Below, in pieces: positions 25,605-34,737 of a DNA stretch of 64,000 bases. Every line of letters begins with the position of its first letter. Position 1 is the first letter of the stretch. The position numbers and the translations under genes were made by a program. The notes beneath the pieces are model-generated. The model was given only the letters and a program-made list of their open reading frames with translations, searched no databases and had not been told where the DNA came from. The stretch comes from Candidatus Nanoarchaeia archaeon (GTDB lineage: Archaea > Nanobdellota > Nanobdellia > Pacearchaeales > GW2011-AR1). The stretch covers positions 23,845 through 87,844 of the forward strand of contig DATDSF010000038.1 of the NCBI GenBank assembly GCA_035291345.1, written 5' to 3'.

Positions 25605-27121
25605 ATCTAAGAATACAACATAATTATACTTATTTCTCTATTAATAAAGAAGAGAATCCATATGAGATGTATAACTATGTGCAACAAGCATGTAAATTTG
25701 AGTATTCTGCATTTCACAGAGGTAATGGAGAGATAATCCATCAAGATAAATCTTTATGTTTAGCAAATTTGAATTTAAGAAAATTTCCTACAGGCTTGTT
25801 TAACAAAGTTGTTGAAGAAGTACCAGAATCAATTGAATTAAATATAATTGATGAAAGAAATTATAAGGATATAATTGAGGAACAACACGCTAAATTTGAT
25901 TATGATTTTTATGATAAACAAAAACTAGCTATTGATATTGGGATTGAAAATAGAAGAGGTTATTATCATATTGCTACTGGAGGAGGAAAAACTACTATTA
26001 TTGCTACGTTGCTAGGACATTTCAAAGGTAAAGCACTTGTTATAGTACCCAGTATTGATTTAGTTGAACAAATAGGATTTGATATATTTAATGCATTAAA
26101 TGAAGATATTGATTTTATCATTGGTAAAGAATCTATTTATGCTTCTCAAAGCAGAATTAAAGTTGCTAGTGTTGATACACTCGATTCTTCATTTGATGAA
26201 TTAGTTTCTAATGGCTGGTTAGAACAATTTAATACAATTATGTTAGATGAAGCACATCATGCTAATTTTACTAAAGCAAAAATTATAAAGAAAGGTGGAA
26301 GGATTATTAGAAGAATTCCTCAAGGATACACTGGTTACTATAAAATTGCAATGGCTTGTCCTGCTGAGAATAGATTTGGTTTTTCAGCAACTCCAGAAGA
26401 AAGTGAATTATTCATTCAAGCTGTCTGTGGTAAAAAGCTAATACAAATTGATGAAGATTATTTAATATCAATTGGTAGATTGGCAAAACCTTATATATTA
26501 ATCTATAAGCATAAAGTTCCTTTCTATGAAGATGAGAAAGAAGCCACAAAGAATAATATTTATTTAAATGAAAATAGAAATTATATGCTTTTAAAAGCTA
26601 TTCAGACTATTAATCAACATGATGGAACAAGCTTGTTAATGATTGATAGTAAAAAATTCCAGTTAGATTTATTAAGGCAGATAAGCGATGAGATTATTGA
26701 AGTAACGGGTGATACTAAATTAAAAGAAAGAAAAAGAATATATACTCAGCTAGAAAATAAGGAAATCAATAATATAGTATTAACTGTGGGAAAAGAAGGT
26801 CTCAATATCCCAAGTGTTGATGCTATTGTAAGAGGTTCTGCTAAAAAATCAGAGAGGTTAGTTGTACAAGAAAAAGGAAGAGGAGCAAGAGTTACTAAGA
26901 CTAAAGGTAAAGTATTGCTTATTGACACTTATGATGATGATGGAGTTAATAAGATTCAAAAAGAAGAATATAAATGGATTACAAAAGTAGGACATTTAAG
27001 AAAACATTCTGAGGAAAGACTAGATATTTATAAAAAGACTAAAGCATCAATAATTAAAATTGTTGAAACTGAGGAAGACTTTATTGATTATATAAATAAG
27101 TTTTTTAATGGAGAATTATAG
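25601..27121 (+). CDS. superfamily-2 DEAH-box helicase (type III restriction res / UvsW-like)
   Basis: Motif I ATGGGKTTI, motif II MLDEAHHA, motif VI QEKGRGAR. Confidence 0.7.
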   Translation: MNLRIQHNYTYFSINKEENPYEMYNYVQQACKFEYSAFHRGNGEIIHQDKSLCLANLNLRKFPTGLFNKVVEEVPESIELNIIDERNYKDIIEEQHAKFDYDFYDKQKLAIDIGIENRRGYYHIATGGGKTTIIATLLGHFKGKALVIVPSIDLVEQIGFDIFNALNEDIDFIIGKESIYASQSRIKVASVDTLDSSFDELVSNGWLEQFNTIMLDEAHHANFTKAKIIKKGGRIIRRIPQGYTGYYKIAMACPAENRFGFSATPEESELFIQAVCGKKLIQIDEDYLISIGRLAKPYILIYKHKVPFYEDEKEATKNNIYLNENRNYMLLKAIQTINQHDGTSLLMIDSKKFQLDLLRQISDEIIEVTGDTKLKERKRIYTQLENKEINNIVLTVGKEGLNIPSVDAIVRGSAKKSERLVVQEKGRGARVTKTKGKVLLIDTYDDDGVNKIQKEEYKWITKVGHLRKHSEERLDIYKKTKASIIKIVETEEDFIDYINKFFNGEL

Positions 27122-27523
27122 ATGGAGAATAAAAGAAAAATTAATACTAAGAATGAATTTGAACAAGACATTGATAAATTTTTACTTGAAAAGAAAGGTA
27201 TAGAATCATTTTTTATTAGTGGAATTGGCTTAAGAACCAACAGAAAGAAGAATGAAAGATATCATCAACTTAAAGTTAATATACCCAAAATGAATGTAGA
27301 AGCATTTCAAACTTTTGCTTTATATTTAATGCTCACATATAGAACAGAAAAAGTTGATAGAAAACCCCCAATAACCAAATGGTTAGTAGAACTTGTTAGT
27401 CAAAAGATTAAAGAATTAGTTGATAGTAAGGATCCAACTTGGATTGAGGCTAGAAATCTTTTAAGAGACTATAAGTTTCAATATCATAAAAAATTAATGG
27501 AACAAGGAAATAAAAATCAATGA
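27122..27523 (+). CDS. hypothetical protein (133 aa)
   Basis: ORF. Confidence 0.4.
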   Translation: MENKRKINTKNEFEQDIDKFLLEKKGIESFFISGIGLRTNRKKNERYHQLKVNIPKMNVEAFQTFALYLMLTYRTEKVDRKPPITKWLVELVSQKIKELVDSKDPTWIEARNLLRDYKFQYHKKLMEQGNKNQ

Positions 27524-27525
27524 TA

Positions 27526-27542
27526 TATTATATTTGTAAATA
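27526..27542 (+). promoter_or_regulatory. conserved promoter-like motif
   Basis: ATATTATATTTGTAAAT upstream of 27560..28042. Confidence 0.35.
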
Positions 27543-27559
27543 AATAAAAAGGATTTATT

Positions 27560-28042
27560 ATGTCTACTGATAATAATTCAGTAAAAATAATTGGGAAAGA
27601 GGATTTTAGAAGATGTGTTCTAAACTATGATTTACCTTTTTCTCAGAGACTTGCTTTAGTAAAAGAGGAATTTGATTTAGAAATGCCTGATCATATTGAA
27701 GATGGGGAACCTTTCTTAGATTTAGTATATTCAAAATACATGAATATGGTAAATGAATTTCAACTAATGAAGAATGTAAAATATTCAATTCAAAGAAATA
27801 AAGAGAATCCAACAGAATCAAAAAAATCATTTATAGTAAAAACTATATTTGAAAGTAAGAATGGTATCTTTTATAAAGAGCTATATGATACTGTAGATGT
27901 CAAGTTTGAATATAGTAAATATGGTCAATCTCCAAGAACAAGATTGAGAAAAGTTATTGAAGAATTAACCATGAAAAACCTAATTGAAGATACTATGCTT
28001 GATGGAAAACGCTACTTGAAAATTATAAAGGCGCAGCAATGA
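27560..28042 (+). CDS. hypothetical protein (160 aa)
   Basis: ORF with promoter-motif copy upstream. Confidence 0.4.
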   Translation: MSTDNNSVKIIGKEDFRRCVLNYDLPFSQRLALVKEEFDLEMPDHIEDGEPFLDLVYSKYMNMVNEFQLMKNVKYSIQRNKENPTESKKSFIVKTIFESKNGIFYKELYDTVDVKFEYSKYGQSPRTRLRKVIEELTMKNLIEDTMLDGKRYLKIIKAQQ

Positions 28043-28941
28043 TAACAGTTATTGACGGTTCTAATCTTGCTTATAGAGCATACCATACTTTTATTCAATT
28101 TGAATCAAGTGGTGGCGCACCTACGGGTATGTTATATGGGTTTTTATCTATCCTTAATTCTTATGCTAATAGGTTTGGCTCTAGTATTGTAATTACTTGG
28201 GACAAAAAACCCTATTGGAGAAAGATATATTATCCTGCATATAAAGAATCCAGAAAGGAAAATGAAGAATTTGAAAAAATGCGTATTGAAGAGTCTTTTA
28301 GGATACTAAAGGAAGTACTAACGCATTGTGGAATAGTTCAAATTGATAAATTAACTTATGAAGCAGATGACATAATTGCCTTTATAGTAAAAAAGTTTAG
28401 TAGAGATATCACAGTTATATCTGGAGATAAAGATTTACTTTCATTAATGGATGAGAGTAAAAATATAAATATTGTTAGACCCGGTAAGAAAGGACTTATA
28501 AAATATAATGAACAAATGGTAATGGAAGAATTTGGAGTATCAAAAGCAGATATACCAAAATATCTTGCTATTGTTGGTGATAAATCTGATAACATTATTG
28601 GATTATATGGATTTGGTCCGGTCAAGACAGCAAAATTGATTGATGAGCATCCAGATTTGATGAATAAACTTAATCAATTATTTCCTGCAGATTTTCAAAG
28701 AATTAAGCTTAATCTAGAATTGGTTGATTTAAAGAATCCAAAAGTGAAAATTAATTATCTTGAAAGAGAAGATATTAAAATGCCAAATCCAGACAGATTG
28801 AAACTCTCCATGGTATTAAGAGATTCTGAAATTAAAGCTTTTAGTCCTTCTGATCTTATTGAGAATTTTAGCAATCTTAAAATAAAAACAGACGTATTAA
28901 ATTTGTTAACTGAAAAAATTGAAACCCGGTTTAATAATTAA
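28039..28941 (+). CDS. flap endonuclease / 5'-3' exonuclease (FEN, T5 D15 / Pol I 5'-nuclease family)
   Basis: N-terminus VIDGSNLAYRAYH. Helix-3-turn-helix motif GDKSDNIIGLYGFGPVKTAKLI. Confidence 0.8.
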   Translation: MITVIDGSNLAYRAYHTFIQFESSGGAPTGMLYGFLSILNSYANRFGSSIVITWDKKPYWRKIYYPAYKESRKENEEFEKMRIEESFRILKEVLTHCGIVQIDKLTYEADDIIAFIVKKFSRDITVISGDKDLLSLMDESKNINIVRPGKKGLIKYNEQMVMEEFGVSKADIPKYLAIVGDKSDNIIGLYGFGPVKTAKLIDEHPDLMNKLNQLFPADFQRIKLNLELVDLKNPKVKINYLEREDIKMPNPDRLKLSMVLRDSEIKAFSPSDLIENFSNLKIKTDVLNLLTEKIETRFNN

Positions 28942-29310
28942 ATGTTTGATGCAGTAAAAGAAAAATTGGTATTAAGCTATATGCTTAAAAATCCTGACAA
29001 GGAATTCTTATTATATTGGTCTGGTGGACAAGATGATGATAAATATATTGTTATGTCAGAGGTAATTAGGGAGAGTAAAGTATGTTGGTATGTAAAACCA
29101 ATACATGGTTTTTTTGAAGTAAGGATTAGCAAGCACTTGAATAAAAAATTTCTTGGGTATATATACAAAGGCAAGATTACACAAGAGATAGAATTATTTA
29201 TTACTAGAAGTATAAATATTAAAATTGAAAAGCAACAATTGACAGAAGCCTTTCAAAAATTAAGAGATGAAATAAATATATTAACATTAAAAAGTATTAA
29301 TCAGGTATAA
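28942..29310 (+). CDS. hypothetical protein (122 aa)
   Basis: ORF. Confidence 0.4.
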   Translation: MFDAVKEKLVLSYMLKNPDKEFLLYWSGGQDDDKYIVMSEVIRESKVCWYVKPIHGFFEVRISKHLNKKFLGYIYKGKITQEIELFITRSINIKIEKQQLTEAFQKLRDEINILTLKSINQV

Positions 29311-29311
29311 G

Positions 29312-29533
29312 ATGTTAAGAACTGTCAAAAGATTTATGTATGGTGGAAGTTCAGGAATTTGTGGAAAGGTATCTAATGAAGAATTTTGCAGTAGTATGAA
29401 AACAGATTATATGTATGAATTAAGTTGTGGACATACATATGTAGAATCATTTAAAGGTAAAGAAGGAAAAATTCTTGATAATGATTCATTAGTCTTATGT
29501 GAAAAATGTGATAAATTACCAAACCAGGAGTAG
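29312..29533 (+). CDS. small Cys/His zinc-finger protein (73 aa)
   Basis: CGK...C...CGH...C..C spacing. Confidence 0.4.
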   Translation: MLRTVKRFMYGGSSGICGKVSNEEFCSSMKTDYMYELSCGHTYVESFKGKEGKILDNDSLVLCEKCDKLPNQE

Positions 29534-29537
29534 TAAA

Positions 29538-30188
29538 ATGAACGTATATGATTTTCCAGATCAATTTAATGAAGAACACTTATCAAAGATATATGAACTT
29601 ATTTTTGATAGACAAGAGCAATTAGCTCAAAAATATACACCTCTTGAACACCAGAATGGCTTAAGATGGACTCAAGATATGCCAGTCAATATTCATGATG
29701 GAAAAGGCCAAGCACAATTGAAAGATATGGCTTGGAGAACAATGGAGGAGATTGGAGAATCACTTGAAGCATGGTTTGATGATAGTGAGAATGTTGAAAC
29801 TCAAAATGAGCAACTTTTACATGCAAAAGAAGAACTTGCAGATGGCTTACATTTCTTAACAGAATTGGGTATACTTTCAGGTATAAAACATACTGATATT
29901 AATATTTCACTTGAAAAAGTAGTACATCAAGCTAAAGAGGTTGTAAGTATTGATGAAGCTGTTACTGATTTTGTTTTGAGACTTGGTATTACAATGAATT
30001 GTTTGAAGAATAAACCTTGGAAATGCTCTCAATATCCAACAGATGAAGCAAAATTCAAGAAACACTATTTATTAGCATATGAGGCTTATATTGTTCTTAT
30101 GCTTGAAATAATGGAACCACTTGAAATTCTTAATCTTTACTTTAGAAAATCAAACGTAAACCAGTTTAGAATTGAATCTAAATATTAG
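29538..30188 (+). CDS. MazG-like all-alpha NTP pyrophosphohydrolase (candidate dCTPase/dUTPase)
   Basis: EEIGESLEAW and EELADGLHFL match the MazG EExxE / EELxD metal-binding helices. Start at the ATG with an AGGAG ribosome-binding site. Confidence 0.6.
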   Translation: MNVYDFPDQFNEEHLSKIYELIFDRQEQLAQKYTPLEHQNGLRWTQDMPVNIHDGKGQAQLKDMAWRTMEEIGESLEAWFDDSENVETQNEQLLHAKEELADGLHFLTELGILSGIKHTDINISLEKVVHQAKEVVSIDEAVTDFVLRLGITMNCLKNKPWKCSQYPTDEAKFKKHYLLAYEAYIVLMLEIMEPLEILNLYFRKSNVNQFRIESKY

Positions 30189-30197
30189 GAGGTTGTT

Positions 30198-30443
30198 TTG
30201 GAAAGAGATGCTATACTTTTGAAATTTAAGAGTATCTTAGAGAATAAGTTGGGTGTTCATTTTTCTGAAATTACAGAAAGCTCACACTTAATAAATGATT
30301 TAGGTGCTGATTCACTAGATGTTATAGAAATTCTAATGGAGTGTGAATCACTTTTTGATATTTCTATACCAGAGGGGGATGTTGAAAATCTTTTCACTGT
30401 AAAAGAATTAGTTGATTATGGTTATGGGAGGTTAAGTGGCTGA
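30198..30443 (+). CDS. acyl carrier protein
   Basis: Canonical phosphopantetheine-attachment motif DLGADSLDVIEILMECE in a 4-helix, roughly 80-aa protein. TTG start 5 nt after AGGAGG. Confidence 0.7.
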   Translation: MERDAILLKFKSILENKLGVHFSEITESSHLINDLGADSLDVIEILMECESLFDISIPEGDVENLFTVKELVDYGYGRLSG

Positions 30444-30669
30444 TTTTTGTAAACAATGTCATGATAAATTATTTAAACCTCTTGAGGATTCAACTAAGTA
30501 TGATTTTTATGGTTTAAGCACTCCTGAAGATGATAAAAATGAATTATATCCAGTTGTATTATGCGAAGGTTGTAAAATACAAGGTGGATACATACAAGTT
30601 AACTCAAAAGGTGAATGCATAAGTCCAGATTGTGGCTCTCATGGAGGAAAGATTTATCCAATAACATAA
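30436..30669 (+). CDS. small zinc-ribbon protein (77 aa)
   Basis: CxxC...CxxC...C..C pattern. GTG start after GGGAGG. Confidence 0.4.
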   Translation: MADFCKQCHDKLFKPLEDSTKYDFYGLSTPEDDKNELYPVVLCEGCKIQGGYIQVNSKGECISPDCGSHGGKIYPIT

Positions 30670-30782
30670 GGAGATCTTATGACTTAAAAACTATCTATAA
30701 TCGAAATGTATAGATAGATTGGTAGAGTTATTTTTTGCACAGGCCCTCTAAGTTGAGGGCCTAAATTATAAAGGAGTTTAAA

Positions 30783-31043
30783 ATGGCAAGAACAGCAGTT
30801 GACCAATATGAAAGCATGATCACAGTTATTTTTCAACAAAAAGGTGTACAGAGACAAGAATTTTCTCAATCGATGGCTATTTCAATCCCATCAACTGTTT
30901 TTATTGATTTAAGCAAATTAAAAGCAAGACTAGAAGAAGTAACTATTAATCTTATTGATGAGTACAAAAATACCGGATCTTTTCCAGAATTAGCAATTAT
31001 AGATCCATCATTAGATGAACAACCAAAAGATATAACATCATGA
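30783..31043 (+). CDS. hypothetical protein (86 aa)
   Basis: AAAGGAG ribosome-binding site. Confidence 0.45.
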   Translation: MARTAVDQYESMITVIFQQKGVQRQEFSQSMAISIPSTVFIDLSKLKARLEEVTINLIDEYKNTGSFPELAIIDPSLDEQPKDITS

Positions 31044-31297
31044 TAAATATGTCTGAAGGAATCTATAAACGATTTATAGACAAGCAAGTTATAGTCTCAA
31101 ATAATGTTACTGCAGGTTTTTACTTCTTTGAAGATACAAATACTATTATTATGAATAATAAATCATTTGTATCAATGCTATTTAGAAGTTTAGAATTTAA
31201 TAAAGCTTTAGAAACTTATTCAAGTTATTATATCAATAAATTGATGACAAAAGCAGATATACTTTTTTCACGGAAGTTTCCACATGAGGTTTTATAA
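31040..31297 (+). CDS. hypothetical protein (85 aa)
   Basis: ORF. Confidence 0.35.
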   Translation: MINMSEGIYKRFIDKQVIVSNNVTAGFYFFEDTNTIIMNNKSFVSMLFRSLEFNKALETYSSYYINKLMTKADILFSRKFPHEVL

Positions 31298-31350
31298 TTT
31301 ATTAAATTGCATCAATTTATTTGATTAAGAATTAAAACTCAAGAGAAAAA

Positions 31351-32244
31351 ATGACATCAGATAATTTTCAAGAAATTTATATAAAGATTCTTCAAAAAAC
31401 TTTAGACGAAGGTATTTTGTGGGCAAAAGCTAAGACAATTACTCCAATTAGTTTTACAATTACAAATCCTGTTTTATCATTAATTAACCATAAGAAAAAC
31501 TGGTCATGGGCTTTTGTTGAACTAGCAAACAGGTTGGCTTTTGAGGAAAAGGAAATGCAAAATCCTGGATCAGCATGGACTTTTAGACCTGCTTGGAAAA
31601 GAAAACTTGAAAAAGAAAATGGAGAATTTCATTATAGTTATGGTGAGGAATATACAATACAAATTCCACACATCTTAAAAAAATTAAAACTTTCAGCAGA
31701 TCGAGAAGCTATTTTAACAATGTGGAAACCTGAGTATCTTTACATAAAAGAAATGGATAGAAGGCCTTGTACATTAAATATTCACTTCTTCAAAATTCAG
31801 AATAAGTTACATTGTTCTGTATATATGCGTACTGTTGATATAATGAATCTATTACCATATGATGTTTTTCATCACACAATGCTACAAAGATATTTAGCCT
31901 CTGTATTAGGAATTGAATTAGGAAATTTTAACTTTAATGCTTCATTTGGGTACTATCAAAAGAAAAGAGATGTTACAGGTAGTGTGCAAAATACTCTAAA
32001 TGCATTATCAAAAACCTCTTCCCTTGATTATTGTGATGATTGGAGATTTGGTGAGAAAGAAAGATTAGAAATAACTAATATAGCTTTTAGACTTGATAGA
32101 GGTGAAGGCTTTTTTTACTATCATAATCATGAACTCAGTTCCTTTGGTCAACAATATGCAAATGCTCTCATATATATTTATCAGAAAAATGCTTTATTAA
32201 AAGGGTCTGAAATTATAAATGAATTTAAAATTCTTTTACTCTAA
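31351..32244 (+). CDS. thymidylate-synthase-fold deoxycytidylate hydroxymethylase-like enzyme
   Basis: Its N-terminus (YIKILQKTLDEG) aligns to the ThyA N-terminus MKQYLELMQKVLDEG. REAILTMWKPEYL aligns to ThyA RRIIVSAWNP. RRPCTLNIHFF aligns to ThyA PCHAFFQFY, the catalytic Cys. KLHCSVYMRTVDIMNLLPYDVFHHT aligns to [24 protein letters not shown]. The uracil-specifying Asn of ThyA (LPFN) is replaced by Asp (LPYD), as in T4 dCMP hydroxymethylase. Confidence 0.65.
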   Translation: MTSDNFQEIYIKILQKTLDEGILWAKAKTITPISFTITNPVLSLINHKKNWSWAFVELANRLAFEEKEMQNPGSAWTFRPAWKRKLEKENGEFHYSYGEEYTIQIPHILKKLKLSADREAILTMWKPEYLYIKEMDRRPCTLNIHFFKIQNKLHCSVYMRTVDIMNLLPYDVFHHTMLQRYLASVLGIELGNFNFNASFGYYQKKRDVTGSVQNTLNALSKTSSLDYCDDWRFGEKERLEITNIAFRLDRGEGFFYYHNHELSSFGQQYANALIYIYQKNALLKGSEIINEFKILLL

Positions 32245-32254
32245 CAAAGCTGAA

Positions 32255-32274
32255 TTATATTTGTTTTGTAAAAT
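32255..32274 (+). promoter_or_regulatory. conserved promoter-like motif
   Basis: ATTATATTTGTTTTGTAAAA about 15 nt upstream of the kinase gene at 32290. Confidence 0.45.
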
Positions 32275-32289
32275 TAAGGGATTAATTAC

Positions 32290-32796
32290 ATGATTTATAT
32301 CTTTGAAGGCTCAGATTTATCAGGAAAAACAACGTTAGCTGAAGCCTTTTCAAAAAAGAATAACATTCCACTCATTAAAAAACGTTTTGATGTATTGGGG
32401 ATGTCAAAAGAATTCTTACTTACAAATTTAATTGAAGAATTACAAAAATTCTTTTGGCTTACTATATGGCCAATAAGAGAACTTATTAATGTGGCAGTTG
32501 ATAGGTCATTACTTTCATCACTTGTTTATGGTACTTTCTTTGAAAGAGAATATGATAAAACATATATAATGGAAGCTTTAAAAGATCCATTTGTAAAAGT
32601 TTTCTTTGTATATGCTGATTCAAACTCTATTGAGAGAAGAAAACTTGTCAGAACAGAAAAACTTTTCAGTTTAGATGAAATATTAAAAATTCAAACCATG
32701 TATTTTGAAGTAGTTAAAGTACTTGAAAATGAGGGTATTAAGATTATTTCAATAAATAATTCAGATAATTCAAATATAGAAATACCGAGTATATAA
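32290..32796 (+). CDS. thymidylate-kinase-like P-loop dNMP kinase
   Basis: IFEGSDLSGKTT matches the Tmk P-loop (IxxEGxDGxGKxT). The DRS...YG motif matches the Tmk DRY motif. Confidence 0.6.
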   Translation: MIYIFEGSDLSGKTTLAEAFSKKNNIPLIKKRFDVLGMSKEFLLTNLIEELQKFFWLTIWPIRELINVAVDRSLLSSLVYGTFFEREYDKTYIMEALKDPFVKVFFVYADSNSIERRKLVRTEKLFSLDEILKIQTMYFEVVKVLENEGIKIISINNSDNSNIEIPSI

Positions 32797-33440
32797 TGCA
32801 AACTTTTTTATTGTCTGATAAAGAATTTGCTGAAACTATCTATTTCAAAGACTTATGTAAAGGCTTAGAATTTCTTGATAATAAGCGTTTAAATAAACAA
32901 ATTCTTGAAGCATACCAAATCTTACAAATTTTAATAAAAGGAACTGGTAGATATTTGAGTCATCCTGTGGTTCAAATGTGGATGAGCTCAGAGAATCTTT
33001 TAGCAAGATATGGTTTTGAATGTTGTAAAGCTTTTCAATCAAAAAGTGCTATAAAGACTATACATAAGTATATGAGCTTCTTTGAAGAATATTGTTATAC
33101 AGCACGACATGCTTATTTTAAAGAACCCTTTTGGTTAGAAAATCAGAATTTTTTACATGAATTAGTAAAGTCTCATAAATCTAATCTTCAATATAAAGAC
33201 TCAAGTTATTATCAATTTAATGATATTGACTCAAATCTTTTATATGTTTGGCCTTCATATTATGTATTTGATAAAAATAATGGATTTAGAATCTCTTATG
33301 AAGGTAAAGAAGCTTTACTAAAAACATGTAAAAGGAAAGCAATCAAAGAAGATATTTATCAATCTGAAATATTAAACTCATTCATGTATTATGATGGAAA
33401 TAAATGGGTAAGAGCACTTCATTTAATGGAGAAACAATGA
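32796..33440 (+). CDS. hypothetical protein (214 aa)
   Basis: ORF inside the modification cluster. Confidence 0.4.
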   Translation: MQTFLLSDKEFAETIYFKDLCKGLEFLDNKRLNKQILEAYQILQILIKGTGRYLSHPVVQMWMSSENLLARYGFECCKAFQSKSAIKTIHKYMSFFEEYCYTARHAYFKEPFWLENQNFLHELVKSHKSNLQYKDSSYYQFNDIDSNLLYVWPSYYVFDKNNGFRISYEGKEALLKTCKRKAIKEDIYQSEILNSFMYYDGNKWVRALHLMEKQ

Positions 33441-34426
33441 AATTTTCTGTTGGTGGTTTTCAATGCGGCATAGGTAATTTATTAGGCTTCCAATTAGAAG
33501 GTTATAATGTGCTTTTTAATGTGGATAATAGAGAGTTTATACATAAAGGTAAGGTAGCTTTTTATGATAATTTCCCTAATATAAGTATTAGTAATGATTT
33601 TGATGATGGATTAGTAAATTATCCTACTCCAACAGTTTTAATATCATCTCCATCCTGTAGTCAAATTTCTGCATTAGGAGTGAAAAGAAAGGATCGTTCA
33701 AGTTTAAAGACTCTTGGCATTAAAGATTTTGAATTTTATCATGCTCTAGTAAAATTACTTTATACAAATGCTCCATATATTGTTATGGAATATTTACCTT
33801 CTCTCCTTAGGTTTTTTGAAGTAAGGCATAATGAACTTTATTGTATATCAACAAAAGAATCATTCTCATATCCAGATCATTATCGTGTTCAAATTGTTAA
33901 TGTTGATTCACAAATATATGGAACGCCACAGTCTAGAAAACGTTTATTTATTTTCTTTTCGCTAAAGAATTTAGATTTTATGTATCTTAAACCTTCTACA
34001 ATGCTCGCTGGTAAAAAAGCTGGAGAAGTTTTAATTGTATTAGATCTTTTAAGAAAAGATAGAAAATTATATGATGATGAACATCCTAATCATTCTGAAG
34101 AAAGAAAACAAGGTTTTAATAAGCTCTTACCAGGTGATAGTTTTTATGGAACTCAAAATAATAAAAGATTAGATCCTGAAAAGATTTGCCCAGTTATTGC
34201 ATCATCAAAAACTCAATATGTACATCCTTGGCATGATAGAGTACTTACACCAAGAGAAGCGGCTACATTTCAAGGATTCCCATTAGATTTTCAATTTGGG
34301 CATATAAGTTTTTCAACAAAGCTGGATTTAATTGGTAGAAGTATACCAGTACAAGTTGCTGCTCATATAGCAAGTGAGATTAAATACAATTATGAAAGAA
34401 ATATTGATTTAGGAGTTATAGGATGA
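33437..34426 (+). CDS. DNA (cytosine-5)-methyltransferase family protein
   Basis: Motif I FSVGGFQCGIGNLLGF. Motif IV SSPSCSQIS (PC motif). Motif VI MEYLPS. Motif VIII GTPQSRKRLFIF. Motif IX TPREAATFQGFPLDFQF. Start at the ATG at 33437 with a GGAG ribosome-binding site. Confidence 0.65.
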   Translation: MKFSVGGFQCGIGNLLGFQLEGYNVLFNVDNREFIHKGKVAFYDNFPNISISNDFDDGLVNYPTPTVLISSPSCSQISALGVKRKDRSSLKTLGIKDFEFYHALVKLLYTNAPYIVMEYLPSLLRFFEVRHNELYCISTKESFSYPDHYRVQIVNVDSQIYGTPQSRKRLFIFFSLKNLDFMYLKPSTMLAGKKAGEVLIVLDLLRKDRKLYDDEHPNHSEERKQGFNKLLPGDSFYGTQNNKRLDPEKICPVIASSKTQYVHPWHDRVLTPREAATFQGFPLDFQFGHISFSTKLDLIGRSIPVQVAAHIASEIKYNYERNIDLGVIG

Positions 34427-34737
34427 GTAATTTTCAATCGATACTAATAACAATTAATGGTTCTAGAATTAAAGAGATGGCTTCTAGAAAAATGGTATTA
34501 TTACAAACTGTTGCAGCTAAATTAGCTGAACAAATGGAAGATTTAAGAAGAGGCCATCTTAATGCAGACGATCGTCAACTTATTAAAGAAAAGAAAGATT
34601 TTGAGTTATTGAAAATAGATGACTCTGTTAACTTCTGTCAAGTTTTAATAGATTTTATTCCAAATGAAAAGGAATATGAATTAAGTGCGAGAGAATTAAA
34701 TTTCTTACGTAATGATAAGATAATTTCTTATGAATGA
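34423..34737 (+). CDS. hypothetical protein (104 aa)
   Basis: ORF between the methyltransferase genes. Confidence 0.35.
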   Translation: MSNFQSILITINGSRIKEMASRKMVLLQTVAAKLAEQMEDLRRGHLNADDRQLIKEKKDFELLKIDDSVNFCQVLIDFIPNEKEYELSARELNFLRNDKIISYE

